A stretch of DNA of 64,000 nt from an uncultured Acidobacteriota bacterium (GTDB taxonomy: Bacteria > Acidobacteriota > Thermoanaerobaculia > UBA5066 > Gp7-AA6). The notes under the pieces are model-generated. The model searched no databases. It was not told where the DNA came from and worked only from the letters and a program-made list of their open reading frames with translations. Position numbers and translations under genes: made by a program. Shown piece by piece: positions 46,980 to 57,411 of this stretch (positions are counted from its first letter, which is position 1; each line of letters opens with the position of its first letter). Location of the stretch: assembly GCA_963764715.1 (NCBI GenBank), contig CAVXTP010000010.1, forward strand, positions 222,024 to 286,023, in the 5' to 3' direction.

Positions 46980-47915
46980 GTGATGAGACCGTCCGCCCGC
47001 GCGGCCGCGATCCTCGTTCTCGCCGGCGTCGCGGCCGCCGTGCGCGCGCAGCCCTCGACGGGCACGTCGCTGCCGGACCGGACGCTCGTGCCGGGGTCGT
47101 TGTCCTCCAACCCGCTCGTGACGGAGGCCGACCGGATGTACCTGCGGCGGCAGGAGGGGCGCATCGGGGACCTCGCCAGCGCGGGACCGATCAACCAGGC
47201 GATCGCCCTCTACGACAAGGCCGCGCAGGCACCGGACCTCGTGGACGCCCGGTGGAAGATGGCCCGCGCTCTCTACTTCAAGGGTGCCTACACCGGCCTC
47301 GACGCCGACTCGCGCAAGGCCGTCTTCCAGAAGGCGCGCCGCATCTCCGAAGACGCGATCGGAATTCTCGGCCGGAGCCTCGAGCAGAAGGGCATCAAGG
47401 GCTTCCTCGACCTCGGGCCCGAGGCCCTCGCGGGCAAGCTCCAGGACCGGTCGGACGCCGCGCCCACCTACTTCTGGGCCGCGGTTTCGTGGGGCGAGTG
47501 GGCCCTCTCGATGGGGAAGCTCGAGGCCGCCAAGACCGGCGCGGCCGACAAGGTCCGCGATTACGCGCTGACGGTGATCGGGATCGATCCGCAGTTCGAG
47601 GAGGGCGGGGGCTACCGCGTGCTCGGCCGCCTGAACGACGAGGCGCCCTGGATCCCGTTCATCACGGGCTGGGTCTCGCGCGACGAGGCGATCCGGGCGC
47701 TGCGCCTGGCGGTCGGCGTCAACTCCCGCAACTTCCTCAACCGCCACTTCCTCGCCGAGGCGCTGTACCGCGGCGGCGAGGCGGAGAAGGCCGAGGCGAT
47801 CAAGCTCGAGGAGGGCATCGTCGCGGACGCGCCCTCGCCGCTGCATCTCGTCGAGGACCTCAAGACGCAGGAGAACGCGCGCCGAAACCTCTCGGTCTGG
47901 AAGAAAGGCGCCTGA
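46980..47915 (+). CDS. Secreted TPR-like helical-repeat protein
   Basis: Signal peptide; ARWKMARALYF, IDPQFEEGGGYRVLGRL...PW; start GTG 46980 or ATG 46983. Confidence 0.75.
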   Translation: MMRPSARAAAILVLAGVAAAVRAQPSTGTSLPDRTLVPGSLSSNPLVTEADRMYLRRQEGRIGDLASAGPINQAIALYDKAAQAPDLVDARWKMARALYFKGAYTGLDADSRKAVFQKARRISEDAIGILGRSLEQKGIKGFLDLGPEALAGKLQDRSDAAPTYFWAAVSWGEWALSMGKLEAAKTGAADKVRDYALTVIGIDPQFEEGGGYRVLGRLNDEAPWIPFITGWVSRDEAIRALRLAVGVNSRNFLNRHFLAEALYRGGEAEKAEAIKLEEGIVADAPSPLHLVEDLKTQENARRNLSVWKKGA

Positions 47916-48372
47916 CCCCGGGCCGGGCCGGGAGCCTCCGTGCGAGCTCCGCGGCCGTCCGGCCGCTCTCCGGGTGCCTCCAGCCGGGTGCGATCTCCGA
48001 AAGCGGCGCCAGGACGAAGCGCCGCTCCGCGAGCCGCGGGTGGGGAAGGACCGGATCGGGCGAAGCGCGGCGAACGCCCTCGAAGTCGAGGATGTCGATG
48101 TCGATCTCCCGCGGCCCGTTGCGGAAGCTCGGCGTGCGGCCCATCGCCTGCTCGATCCCCTGGATCTCGCGGAGCAGGCGCGCCGGCGAGCCGGTCCAGG
48201 CGATGGCCGCGACGGCGTTCCAGAACGGCGGCTGGTCCGCGTAGCCGACGGGATCGGTCCGGTAGAAGGAGGAAACCGCGAGGACGACGGCGCGCCGGGC
48301 GATCTCGTCGAGCGCGCGCTCGAGGGACCCGCGCCGGTCGCCGCGATTGGATCCGAGCCCCAGAAAGACGAT
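47860..48372 (-). CDS. folK: HPPK (2-amino-4-hydroxy-6-hydroxymethyldihydropteridine diphosphokinase); start codon unresolved
   Basis: FLGLGSNRGDR, SSFYRTDP, QPPFWNAV, GPREIDIDIL, LPHPRLAERRFVL.PL.EIAP. Confidence 0.9.
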   Translation of the reverse strand: MVFLGLGSNRGDRRGSLERALDEIARRAVVLAVSSFYRTDPVGYADQPPFWNAVAAIAWTGSPARLLREIQGIEQAMGRTPSFRNGPREIDIDILDFEGVRRASPDPVLPHPRLAERRFVLAPLSEIAPGWRHPESGRTAAELARRLPARPGVRRLSSRPRGFGARSPAS

Positions 48373-48394
48373 CCGCGCGCGGGCGCGCGCCGGC

Positions 48395-48709
48395 TCAGTA
48401 GACCTCGTCTTCCTCTTCTTCCGCCTCGGCGGCGTCTTCGCCTTCTTCGAGCTCGTCGTCGTCGAGGTCGCTCTCTTCGGGCTCGGCCGGGCCGGCGGTC
48501 TCGTCACCGAACTCGGGCGGGTTCTCGTCGGGAATCGTTTCGAGAAGCATCGAGCGGCGCGGAGGGCGCGGCGCCGGCGGGGGCGCATCGTCCGACTTCG
48601 CGTTCTTCTGATTGGCTCCGCACTTCGGACAAATCGCCTCGGGCTTGCCGAGGTTGTAGAACTTCGTGTGGCAATTGAAGCAGTCGTACTTTTTTCCGAG
48701 ATCCGGCAT
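48395..48709 (-). CDS. FYDLN_acid (TIGR02300-like) zinc-ribbon protein with acidic tail
   Basis: [19 protein letters not shown]...CPKCG followed by an E/D-rich tail. Confidence 0.85.
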   Translation of the reverse strand: MPDLGKKYDCFNCHTKFYNLGKPEAICPKCGANQKNAKSDDAPPPAPRPPRRSMLLETIPDENPPEFGDETAGPAEPEESDLDDDELEEGEDAAEAEEEEDEVY

Positions 48710-48787
48710 TTCCCCCTCGAAAGGCGGCCAAACCTAGCACGCGGGTTTTCAGGGGTCAACCAATGCCGGATGCTAAGATCGAGTTCG

Positions 48788-49996
48788 GTGAAAAAGCAAA
48801 GCCTGTCTCTCTCTTTCGCCGCTCTCGTGGCCGTCCTCGGGCTCCTCGCGGCTCCCGCCGAGGCCCAGTTTCCGTGGGCCGGCCCCCGAGCGACCGGCAT
48901 GGGCGGCGCGCAGGTGGCGGCGGTCAACGACAACTCGGCGATCTGGGTCAATCCGGCGGCGCTCGCCGGCCAGAAGGGATGGGACTTCCAGCTGCTCGGC
49001 GGCTTCGCCGCACAGAACCGGAACAACCTCGTCGGGACGCTCGTCAACCTCGGCGAGCTGCCCTGGGACGACATCCTGGACGGCAGCCGACCGGAGCTGG
49101 TACCGGTCGCCATCGCCGGAATCGCCAGCCTCGCCCGGCCCGGCACCGCCGTGATCGGCTCGGGCGTCGTCGGCCTCGTGGGCTCCTACAAGGGGTTCGC
49201 GCTCTCGATCGGGGACATTCCCTACACCGGGATCTACCCGGTCATCGACCTCCAGCACGTCATCCCGGGCGGCGGTCCGGACAACGGCCTCCCGTACAAC
49301 CAGACCGGCCTGTACCTCGCCGGGCTGTCGGGGCGCGAGGCCCGCCTGGCCTACGGGCATGCGTTCCTCGAGGGGATGCTCGAGGTCGGCGGCGCCGTCC
49401 GGTACGTCTCCGGCATCACCTATTTCGGCCGCTGCACGATCTTCGGGGAGAACAGTTGCCAGGGCAAGGACCTCGCCGAGCTCATCAACGACGCCTTCGA
49501 CCAGAACGCCGTCACGACCAACAAGGTGACGTTCGACGCGGGCGCCCGCATCAATTTCGGGATCGTGAAGCTCGGCATCGTGGGCACCTCGCTCAGTCAG
49601 CCCGAATTCACGGTGGCCGACGTGGCCGGCAGCCCGGGGAGCGTGCCGCTGCCCCGGCAGCTGCGCGGCGGCGTCGCGGTCGACGTCCTGTCCTTCCTGA
49701 CGCTCGCCGCCGACGGGGACTTCATCAAGAGCGACACCCTCGCGCCGGGGGTCCAGAGCCAGCAGATGTCGCTCGGGGCCGAGGTCAAGATCCCGCTCAT
49801 CGCCATCCGCGTCGGCGCGGCCCGCGACTTCGCCGCGGCCAATCCGACCTGGGCCTACACGCTCGGCCTCGGCTTCGGCATCCCCGTCTTCTCCGTCGAC
49901 CTCGCCGTCCTCTGGGGCCCGACGGGGGGCTTCAACTACCAGAATCCGGATCGCGAGGCGCTCGGCGCCTCGGCCGGCGTGCGGCTGCACTTCTAG
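48788..49996 (+). CDS. Outer-membrane beta-barrel protein (TraF_2/PorV/FadL-like N-terminus)
   Basis: Signal peptide, GPRATGMGGAQVA, IWVNPAAL, C-terminal Phe; start placed at GTG 48788. Confidence 0.75.
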   Translation: MKKQSLSLSFAALVAVLGLLAAPAEAQFPWAGPRATGMGGAQVAAVNDNSAIWVNPAALAGQKGWDFQLLGGFAAQNRNNLVGTLVNLGELPWDDILDGSRPELVPVAIAGIASLARPGTAVIGSGVVGLVGSYKGFALSIGDIPYTGIYPVIDLQHVIPGGGPDNGLPYNQTGLYLAGLSGREARLAYGHAFLEGMLEVGGAVRYVSGITYFGRCTIFGENSCQGKDLAELINDAFDQNAVTTNKVTFDAGARINFGIVKLGIVGTSLSQPEFTVADVAGSPGSVPLPRQLRGGVAVDVLSFLTLAADGDFIKSDTLAPGVQSQQMSLGAEVKIPLIAIRVGAARDFAAANPTWAYTLGLGFGIPVFSVDLAVLWGPTGGFNYQNPDREALGASAGVRLHF

Positions 49997-50006
49997 CCTG
50001 CCGGCG

Positions 50007-51110
50007 TTGCTCGAGATCACCGGCCGCGATCCCGCCTCCGCCGCGCGGAGCGGCCGGTTCGCGACGCCGCACGCCGTCATCGAGACGCCGTGCTTCATGC
50101 CGGTCGGGACCCGGGGCGCGGTCAAGGGCGTGGCCTTCGACTGGCTCGAGGCCTGGGACTGCCGCGTCGTCCTCGCGAACACCTACCACCTGATGGTCCG
50201 GCCCGGGCTGCCGACGATCGAGAAGGCCGGCGGCCTCCACGCGTTCATGGGCTGGAACCGGGCGATCCTGACCGACTCGGGCGGGTTCCAGGTGATGAGC
50301 CTCTCGGCGCAGCGGCGGATTGGCGAGGAGGGCGTCGAGTTCCGCATCCCCGAGGACGGAACGAAGCACTTCCTGACGCCCGAGCGCGCGATGGAGCTCC
50401 AGGCGGGCTTCGGCGTCGACGTGGCGATGGCCCTCGACGTCTGCCCGCCGTTCCCGGCCGAGCGCGCCGAGGTCGAGGAGGCCTGCCGGCTCACGCTTGC
50501 GTGGGCCGAGCGCTGCCGCCGAGCCTACACCGGGTCGGGTGCGCTGTTCGGAATCGTGCAGGGGGGAACGCACGCGGACCTGCGCCGCCGCTCGGCCGAG
50601 GACCTCCGGGCGCTCGACTTTCCGGGCTACGCCGTCGGCGGTGTCGCCGTGGGCGAGTCGAAGGACGCGATCCGGGAGGTCACGGCGCTCTGCGCGCCGC
50701 TCCTGCCGGAGGACCGGCCGCGCTATCTCATGGGCGTCGGCACGCCGGCGGACCTGCTCGCGTCGGTCCGGAGCGGGATCGATCTCTTCGACTGCGTTCT
50801 GCCGACGCGCAACGGCCGGATGGGCCACGCCTACTGCCGTCGGGGCGAGATCGCCATCAAGCACGAGCGCTTCAAGGAGGACCTCGCGCCGCTCGACCCC
50901 GCGTGCGGCTGCCCGGTCTGCCGGCGGCACAGCCGCGCGTACCTTCGAAATCTCTTCGTGTTGAAGGACTTCTCGGCGCCGATGCTGATCTCGATGCACA
51001 ACGTCTACTTCTATCTGGCCTGGATGCGCGAGATCCGCGAGGCCATCGGGCAGGGACGGCTGTCGGCGCTCGCGGCGCCGCCCGAGGAGAAGCTTCCCGA
51101 CGGAGCTTGA
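50007..51110 (+). CDS. tgt: tRNA-guanine transglycosylase
   Basis: [51 protein letters not shown]...HN. Confidence 0.97.
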   Translation: MLEITGRDPASAARSGRFATPHAVIETPCFMPVGTRGAVKGVAFDWLEAWDCRVVLANTYHLMVRPGLPTIEKAGGLHAFMGWNRAILTDSGGFQVMSLSAQRRIGEEGVEFRIPEDGTKHFLTPERAMELQAGFGVDVAMALDVCPPFPAERAEVEEACRLTLAWAERCRRAYTGSGALFGIVQGGTHADLRRRSAEDLRALDFPGYAVGGVAVGESKDAIREVTALCAPLLPEDRPRYLMGVGTPADLLASVRSGIDLFDCVLPTRNGRMGHAYCRRGEIAIKHERFKEDLAPLDPACGCPVCRRHSRAYLRNLFVLKDFSAPMLISMHNVYFYLAWMREIREAIGQGRLSALAAPPEEKLPDGA

Positions 51111-51165
51111 ACTCTTCCGGCCGTTGCGGCCGGAGGCATTAGTATCGAGAAAAAGGGGGGGCAAC

Positions 51166-51633
51166 GTGAAGCTCAACGTCAACGGAAAGGTTCGAGACGT
51201 CGACGCGCCGCCGGACATGCCGCTCCTGTGGGTGCTCCGCGACCTGCTGGGGCTGACCGGGACCAAGTACGGGTGCGGCATCGCCCAGTGCGGCGCCTGC
51301 ACCGTGCACGTCGACGGCGAGGCGCAGCGCTCGTGCAACTTCACGTTCTCGGAAGCGGCCGGGCGCAAGGTGACGACCATCGAGGGACTGGGCGCGGCCG
51401 GGCTTCACCCGGTGCAGAAGGCCTGGATCGAGGCCGACGTCGTGCAGTGCGGCTACTGCCAGCCGGGCCAGATCATGGCCGCGGCGGCGTTGCTCAAGAT
51501 CACCCCGAAGCCCACCGACGCCGACATCGACGAGGCGCTCTCGCCGAGCCTCTGCCGCTGCGGGACCTATCAGCGGATCCGCCAGGCGGTGCACATCGCC
51601 GCCGCCATGCCGGCCGCGGGAGGGAAGTCGTGA
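51166..51633 (+). CDS. (2Fe-2S) small subunit of an isoquinoline/aldehyde oxidoreductase-type molybdoenzyme
   Basis: [33 protein letters not shown]. Confidence 0.93.
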   Translation: MKLNVNGKVRDVDAPPDMPLLWVLRDLLGLTGTKYGCGIAQCGACTVHVDGEAQRSCNFTFSEAAGRKVTTIEGLGAAGLHPVQKAWIEADVVQCGYCQPGQIMAAAALLKITPKPTDADIDEALSPSLCRCGTYQRIRQAVHIAAAMPAAGGKS

Positions 51634-53765
51634 GCGCGCGCGGCGGGTACTCGCGGCGCCGGTTCCTGAAGACGTCGGCCGGGCTCGTCATCGGCTTCTC
51701 GATCGCGCCCCGGGGGAAGCTCTTCGCTCTCCAGGGCGCCGGGGCCGCCCCGGCGTTGCCGCCCCCGAGCGCCTTCCTGCGGATCGGCGAGGACGAGACG
51801 GTCACCGTGCTGCTGGCGCACTCCGAGATGGGACAGGGGATCTGGACGACGCTTCCGATGATGGTCGCCGAGGAGCTCGGCTGCGACTGGGGAAAGATCC
51901 GGGTCGAGACCGCGCCCGCGGCCCCCGTCTACGCGCACCCGGCCTACGGCGCGCAGATGACGGGCGGCTCCACGACGACCTGGTCGGAGCTCGACCGATA
52001 CCGGCAGGTCGGGGCGATGGCGCGCGAGATGCTGGTCGCCGCGGCGGCCGCGCAGTGGAAGGTGGCGCCCGCCGACTGCCGCGCCGAGAAGGGCTTCGTC
52101 GTCTCCGGCAGCCGCCGCGCGTCGTACGGCTCGCTCGCGAAGGCCGCGCAGGGCATGAAGCCGCCGGCCGCGGTCAAGCTCAAGGACCGGAAGGACTGGA
52201 CGATCCTCGGCAAGCCGACGAAACGCCTCGACTCGCCGCAGAAGGTGACGGGCGCGGCGCAGTTCGGAATCGACGTTCAGATGCCGGGGATGAAGACCGC
52301 GCTCGTCGCGCGGTCGCCGGTCTTCGGCGGCAAGGTGAAGGCCTTTCGCGCCGAGAAGGCGAAGGCGGTGCCGGGCGTCCGCGCGGTGGTGCAGGTGCCC
52401 TCGGGCGTGGCCGTCGTGGCCGACCACTTCTGGGCGGCAAAGCTCGGGCGCGAGGCCCTGGAGATCGACTGGGACCTCGGGCCCGGCGCCTCGCTCGACT
52501 CGGAGAAGCTCGCCGCCGAGTACCGGACGCTCGCGTCCAGGGGCGGCCTCAAGGCGGCGGCGGCGGGCGACGTCGAAAAGGCGCTCGCCTCGGCGTCGAA
52601 GACGGTCGAGGCCGAGTACGCGTTCCCGTTCCTCGCGCACGCGGCGATGGAGCCGCTCAACTGCGCGGTGAAGATCGGGCCCGACTCCTGCGACGTCTGG
52701 ACGGGGACCCAGTTCCAGACGGGCGACCAGGGCGCGGCCGCGGCGATCGCGGGCCTGAAGCCCGAGCAGGTCCGGATCCACACGACCTTTCTCGGCGGCG
52801 GCTTCGGGCGCCGCGCCAATCCGACGAGCGATTTCGTGGCGGAGGCCGTCCACGTGGCGAAGGCCGCCGGCATGCCGGTCAAGGTCGTCTGGACGCGCGA
52901 GGACGACATGCGCGGCGGCTACTACCGCCCGATGTGGGCGCACAAGCTGAACGTGGGGCTCGGGCCGGACGGCCTGCCCGTGGCGTGGCGCCAGCAGATC
53001 GTGGGTCAGTCGATCATGGAGGGCACGCCCTTCGCGATGATGATCAAGGAGGGCATCGACGAGACCTCGGTCGAAGGCGTCGTCGACTCGCCCTACGTCG
53101 AGGCCACGCCGCACCATTTCGTCGGCCTGCACACGCCGAAGTCGCCCGTCCCGGTCCTCTGGTGGCGGTCGGTCGGGCACACGCACACCGCCTACGTGAT
53201 GGAGACCATGGTCGACGAGCTCGCGGCCGCCGCGGGAAAGAGCCCCGCCGACTACCGCCGCGCGCTCTACGGAAAATCTCCGCGCCACCGCGGCGTGATG
53301 GAGCTCGCCCTGGCGAAGGCGGGCGGCCCCCCGCCCCGCGGCCAGTTCCGCGGGCTCGCCGTGCACAAGTCGTTCGAGAGCTACGTGGCGCAGGTCGCGG
53401 ACATCTCGGTCGAGAAGGGAAAGATCCGCGTGCACCGGGTGGTCGCCGCGATCGACTGCGGCATCTGCATCAACCCGGCCGGCGTTTCGGCGCAGCTGGA
53501 GTCGGCGATCGCGTACGGCCTCTCGGCCGCCCTCCACGGGAAGATCACGCTCAAGGACGGCCGCGTCGAGCAGGGCAACTTCGACGACTACGAGGTCCTG
53601 CGCATGGACGAGATGCCGAAGGTCGAGGTGCACATCGTCGAGAGCGGGGAGAAGTCGGGCGGGGTCGGGGAACCCGGCACGCCGACCATCGCGCCGGCCG
53701 TCGCCAACGCGGTGTTCGCCGCGACCGGGAAGCGGCTGCGGCAGCTCCCGCTGAAGCTCGCGTGA
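51630..53765 (+). CDS. Molybdopterin-binding large subunit (IorB-like) with Tat signal
   Basis: [45 protein letters not shown]. Confidence 0.93.
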   Translation: MSARGGYSRRRFLKTSAGLVIGFSIAPRGKLFALQGAGAAPALPPPSAFLRIGEDETVTVLLAHSEMGQGIWTTLPMMVAEELGCDWGKIRVETAPAAPVYAHPAYGAQMTGGSTTTWSELDRYRQVGAMAREMLVAAAAAQWKVAPADCRAEKGFVVSGSRRASYGSLAKAAQGMKPPAAVKLKDRKDWTILGKPTKRLDSPQKVTGAAQFGIDVQMPGMKTALVARSPVFGGKVKAFRAEKAKAVPGVRAVVQVPSGVAVVADHFWAAKLGREALEIDWDLGPGASLDSEKLAAEYRTLASRGGLKAAAAGDVEKALASASKTVEAEYAFPFLAHAAMEPLNCAVKIGPDSCDVWTGTQFQTGDQGAAAAIAGLKPEQVRIHTTFLGGGFGRRANPTSDFVAEAVHVAKAAGMPVKVVWTREDDMRGGYYRPMWAHKLNVGLGPDGLPVAWRQQIVGQSIMEGTPFAMMIKEGIDETSVEGVVDSPYVEATPHHFVGLHTPKSPVPVLWWRSVGHTHTAYVMETMVDELAAAAGKSPADYRRALYGKSPRHRGVMELALAKAGGPPPRGQFRGLAVHKSFESYVAQVADISVEKGKIRVHRVVAAIDCGICINPAGVSAQLESAIAYGLSAALHGKITLKDGRVEQGNFDDYEVLRMDEMPKVEVHIVESGEKSGGVGEPGTPTIAPAVANAVFAATGKRLRQLPLKLA

Positions 53766-53841
53766 GACGGGCGGGGCCCGCGCCCGCCGTCCGGGCCCGA
53801 GGGCCGGGCGCGGGCGGTCGGCCCGCGCCGGCGGAGGAACG

Positions 53842-55413
53842 CTGGAAACCCCGCTGACGCCCCTCGAGTTCGCGCGGCGCGCGCGGCGGCTCTACGGAGA
53901 CCGCGAGGCGGTCGTCGACGGGGCGCGTCGCTTCACGTACGCCCGGTTCTTCGAGCGGTGCGACCGCGCCTCGGCCGCGTTCCGGAGGATGGGCGTCGGG
54001 CCCGGCGACCGGGTGGCCACGATCGCGCCGAACACGGCGGCGCACCTCGAGTGCTTCTATTCGGTGCCGCAGATCGGCGCGGTGCTCGTGCCGATCAACG
54101 CGCGCCTCGCGCCCGAGGAGATCGCCTACATCCTGGAGCACAGCGGCGCGCGCGTCGTCTGCGCCCACGCGGACCAGCTCGCGGCGGTCGACGGCCTGCG
54201 CGCCCGTCTGCCCGGCCTCGAGCACGCCGTGGCGCTCGAGGGCGCGCGGCCCGGCTGGCGCGACTACGAAGCCGAGCTCGACGCGTCGGGGACGGAGTTC
54301 GTCCCGGCGGAGATCTCCGAGCGCGACCTCCTGACCTTGAACTACACGAGCGGCACGACCGCCCGGCCCAAGGGCGTCATGATCACGCACCGCAACGCCT
54401 GGGCGAACGTCGTCGGAACGCTCCTCCACCATCCGATGACCGCCGCCGACCGGTACCTCTGGACGCTTCCGATGTTCCACGCCAACGGCTGGACGTTCGT
54501 CTGGACGGTCACGGCGGTCGGCGCCGCCCACGTCTGCCTGCGCCGGGTCGAGGCCGGTGCGGTCTTCGACACGATCGGGCGCGAGGGCATCACGGTGTTC
54601 TGCGCGGCGCCGACGGTGCTGATCGGGATCGCCAACGCCCCGGAGGAGGTCCGGCGGAGCGCCCCGAGGGGCCTCCGCGTGCTGACGGCCGGGGCGCCGC
54701 CCGCCGCGGCGACGATCGAGCGCGTCGAGGACGAGCTCGGCTGGACCGTGACGCAGGTTTACGGGCTCACCGAGACCTCGCCCTTCATCACGGTCTGCGA
54801 GCCGCGGCCGGAGCACGCCGGACTGCCGGCGCCGGAGCGCGCGGCGCTGAAGGCGCGGCAGGGGGTCGAGCTCCTCACGTCGGGGGAGCTCCGCGTGGTC
54901 GACGAGGACGGGGCCGAAGTGCCGCCGGACGGCCAGACCCTGGGAGAGATCGTCGTGCGCGGCAACGTGGTCATGGAGGGCTACTACCGCGATCCCGAGG
55001 CGACGGCCGAGGCGATGCGCGGCGGCTGGTTCCACAGCGGCGACGCGGCGGTCGTCCACCCGGACGGGTACGCCGAGATCCGGGACCGCTTCAAGGACGT
55101 CATCATCAGCGGGGGAGAGAACGTTTCCTCGATCGAGGTCGAGGGCGTGCTGCTGCGCCACCCGGCGGTGCTCGAGGCCGCGGTGGTCGGACTTCCGCAC
55201 GAGAAGTGGGGCGAGGCGCCCCACGCCTTCGTCGTGCGCCGCGCCGGCGCCGAGGTTTCGGAAGAGGAGCTGACGCGCTTCGTCCGCGGGCACCTGGCGG
55301 GCTTCAAGACGCCCAAGGGCGTCACGTTCCTCGACGAGCTGCCGAAGACCGCCACCGGGAAGGTCCGCAAGTACGTCCTGCGGAAGGGCCGGCCGGCGAT
55401 CTCGCGGCAGTGA
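53842..55413 (+). CDS. Acyl-CoA synthetase / AMP-binding enzyme (probable CTG start)
   Basis: YTSGTTARPKG, YGLTET, HSGD, IISGGEN, LPKTATGK; the frame extends upstream of the track ATG to ETPLTPLEFARR, preceded by GGAGG and CTG. Confidence 0.92.
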   Translation: METPLTPLEFARRARRLYGDREAVVDGARRFTYARFFERCDRASAAFRRMGVGPGDRVATIAPNTAAHLECFYSVPQIGAVLVPINARLAPEEIAYILEHSGARVVCAHADQLAAVDGLRARLPGLEHAVALEGARPGWRDYEAELDASGTEFVPAEISERDLLTLNYTSGTTARPKGVMITHRNAWANVVGTLLHHPMTAADRYLWTLPMFHANGWTFVWTVTAVGAAHVCLRRVEAGAVFDTIGREGITVFCAAPTVLIGIANAPEEVRRSAPRGLRVLTAGAPPAAATIERVEDELGWTVTQVYGLTETSPFITVCEPRPEHAGLPAPERAALKARQGVELLTSGELRVVDEDGAEVPPDGQTLGEIVVRGNVVMEGYYRDPEATAEAMRGGWFHSGDAAVVHPDGYAEIRDRFKDVIISGGENVSSIEVEGVLLRHPAVLEAAVVGLPHEKWGEAPHAFVVRRAGAEVSEEELTRFVRGHLAGFKTPKGVTFLDELPKTATGKVRKYVLRKGRPAISRQ

Positions 55414-55423
55414 GGCCCGCGCG

Positions 55424-56116
55424 TCAGCGCAGGACGAGGACCTCCTCGAGGGGCTTCTTCTGGATGACCGGGACCTGCGCCCCGTCGGCCGGGTACCCGA
55501 CCGGAACGAGCAGGTACGGGCTCTCGTGCGCCGGGCGGCCGAGGATCCGGTTGAGGAATCCCATCGGCGAGGGCGTGTGGGTCAGCGTCGCGAGGCCCGA
55601 GAGGTGCAGCGCGGCGAGGAGAAACCCGCAGGCGATGCCGACGGACTCGGCGACGTAGTAGTTCTTTCGCTTCGCGGCGGTGCCGTCGTCGAGGCCGCCG
55701 GCCGGCGCGGCGGGCTCGGAATCCAGGCGGAACACCGCGACGAGGTACGGCGCCGTTTCGAGAAACGGCTTGTGCCAGTCGGTGCCGAGCGGGGCGAGAG
55801 CCTCGAGCCACTCCTCGGGCATGCGGCGCTCGTAGCTCTCCTTTTCCTCGGCCTCCGCGGCGATCCGGATCTCGCGCTTGAGCGCGGGGTCGGCGACGAC
55901 GACGAAGCGCCAGGGCTGGCGGTTGGCGCCCGAGGGCGCGAGCGACGCGGCGCGGACGGCGTTTTCGACGAGCTCGCGCGGGACGGGCTCGCTCGAGAAG
56001 TCCCGGACGGTGCGGCGCGTCGCGATCCGCGCGAGGAACTCCTCCGAGCGGCGGGCCATCTCGGCCGGCTCGAGGCGCTCGAAGGCGAGGGGCTGGAAAC
56101 GGGGTGGCGTTCGCAT
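55424..56116 (-). CDS. Nitroreductase-superfamily flavoprotein, iodotyrosine-deiodinase-like
   Basis: [56 protein letters not shown]. Confidence 0.85.
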   Translation of the reverse strand: MRTPPRFQPLAFERLEPAEMARRSEEFLARIATRRTVRDFSSEPVPRELVENAVRAASLAPSGANRQPWRFVVVADPALKREIRIAAEAEEKESYERRMPEEWLEALAPLGTDWHKPFLETAPYLVAVFRLDSEPAAPAGGLDDGTAAKRKNYYVAESVGIACGFLLAALHLSGLATLTHTPSPMGFLNRILGRPAHESPYLLVPVGYPADGAQVPVIQKKPLEEVLVLR

Positions 56117-56139
56117 GGCGCTGTTATAGCCTCTCGCGC

Positions 56140-57396
56140 ATGAAAAAACCCGGCTGGGCCCTGGCGCTCTGCTTCGGCGCGGCTTCCGTTCTCGCCGACG
56201 ACCTGCACGAGCGCGCGATGCGCCTCCACAAGAGCGCGATCGTCGTCGACACGCACGAGGACGTGCCCGAGGAGCTCGAGACGCACTGGAAGGACCTCGC
56301 GGTGCGGAACACCGTCGGGCACATCGACATCCCGCGGTGGAAGGAGGGCGGCGTCACGGCGCCCTTCCTCGCGGCCTACGTCAATGCCGACTACGCGAAG
56401 TCGGGCGGCTCGGCGAAGAAGGCCCTGGAGTTCATCGACCTGATCCACCGCATCGCCGACGAGCACCCGAAGGACCTCGTCTTCGCGGACTCGATCGCCG
56501 GCATCCGCGCGGCCAAGAAGGACGGGAAGATCGCCATCCTCATCGGGATCGAGGGCGGCCACGCCATCGAGAACTCGCTCGGCGCGCTGTCCTCCTTTTA
56601 CCGCCTGGGCGTCCGCTACATGACGCTGACGCACACGAACACCAACGACTGGGCCGATTCCTCGGGCAACTTCTTCAGCTCCGACTTCGACCCGAAGACG
56701 TACGCCGTCCACGACGGGATCACGGACTTCGGCCGCGAAGTCGTCCTCGAGATGAACCGCCTGGGGATGCTGGTCGACGTCTCGCACGTCAGCGACAAGA
56801 CGATGGCGGACGTCCTCGCGGTCTCGAAGGCGCCGGTGTTCGCCTCCCATTCCTCGTGCCGGGCCCTCTCGGCGATCCCGCGCAACGTGACCGACGACCA
56901 GATCCGGGCGATCGCTAAGGGCGGCGGGATCGTTATGGTCAACGTCAGCTCGATGTTCCTGTCGCAGGCCTCCGTGGACGGCTACCTCGCCGCGCGCAAG
57001 GCGATCCAGCCCCGGGTCGACGCGGTCAAGGAGAAGTACAAGGACGACCCGAAGACGCGCGACGCCGAGGTCAGGAAGCTGCGGGACTCGATCTCGTACC
57101 CCGACGCCGACTGGAAGGTCGCGGTCGACCACATCGAGCGGGTGCTGAAGCTCGGCGGGCCGGGAGCCGCCGGCCTGGGGACGGACTACGACGGGATCAC
57201 GGACCCGCCGGCCGGCCTGGAGGACGTCTCGATGCTGCCGAAGCTGACCGAGGAGCTCCTGCGGCGCGGGCACTCGGAGGACGAGGTGCGCGGGGTCCTC
57301 GGCGAGAACTTCCTGCGGTTCTGGGCGCGGGCCGAGGCCGCGAAGGCCGCGGTGCCGCCGCGAACGGGGCCGCTGCCGTTCTCGAAGCCGCAGTAA
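56140..57396 (+). CDS. Secreted M19 membrane-dipeptidase-family peptidase
   Basis: DTHED, IEGGH, YMTLTH, VDVSH, ASHS, RNVTDDQ, GTDYDG, LGENFLR. Confidence 0.93.
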   Translation: MKKPGWALALCFGAASVLADDLHERAMRLHKSAIVVDTHEDVPEELETHWKDLAVRNTVGHIDIPRWKEGGVTAPFLAAYVNADYAKSGGSAKKALEFIDLIHRIADEHPKDLVFADSIAGIRAAKKDGKIAILIGIEGGHAIENSLGALSSFYRLGVRYMTLTHTNTNDWADSSGNFFSSDFDPKTYAVHDGITDFGREVVLEMNRLGMLVDVSHVSDKTMADVLAVSKAPVFASHSSCRALSAIPRNVTDDQIRAIAKGGGIVMVNVSSMFLSQASVDGYLAARKAIQPRVDAVKEKYKDDPKTRDAEVRKLRDSISYPDADWKVAVDHIERVLKLGGPGAAGLGTDYDGITDPPAGLEDVSMLPKLTEELLRRGHSEDEVRGVLGENFLRFWARAEAAKAAVPPRTGPLPFSKPQ

Positions 57397-57411
57397 AGCA
57401 GGAGGGCGCGG

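Noticed and set aside
48788-49996. TraF-like barrel as evidence of a conjugative element
   Set aside because: No other tra, relaxase or T4SS genes; flanked by folK and tgt; such barrels are common chromosomal outer-membrane proteins.
53766-53832. GC-only palindromic spacer after the molybdoenzyme gene
   Set aside because: Pairing is expected by chance at this composition; no U-tract and no shared linkers with the repeat family.
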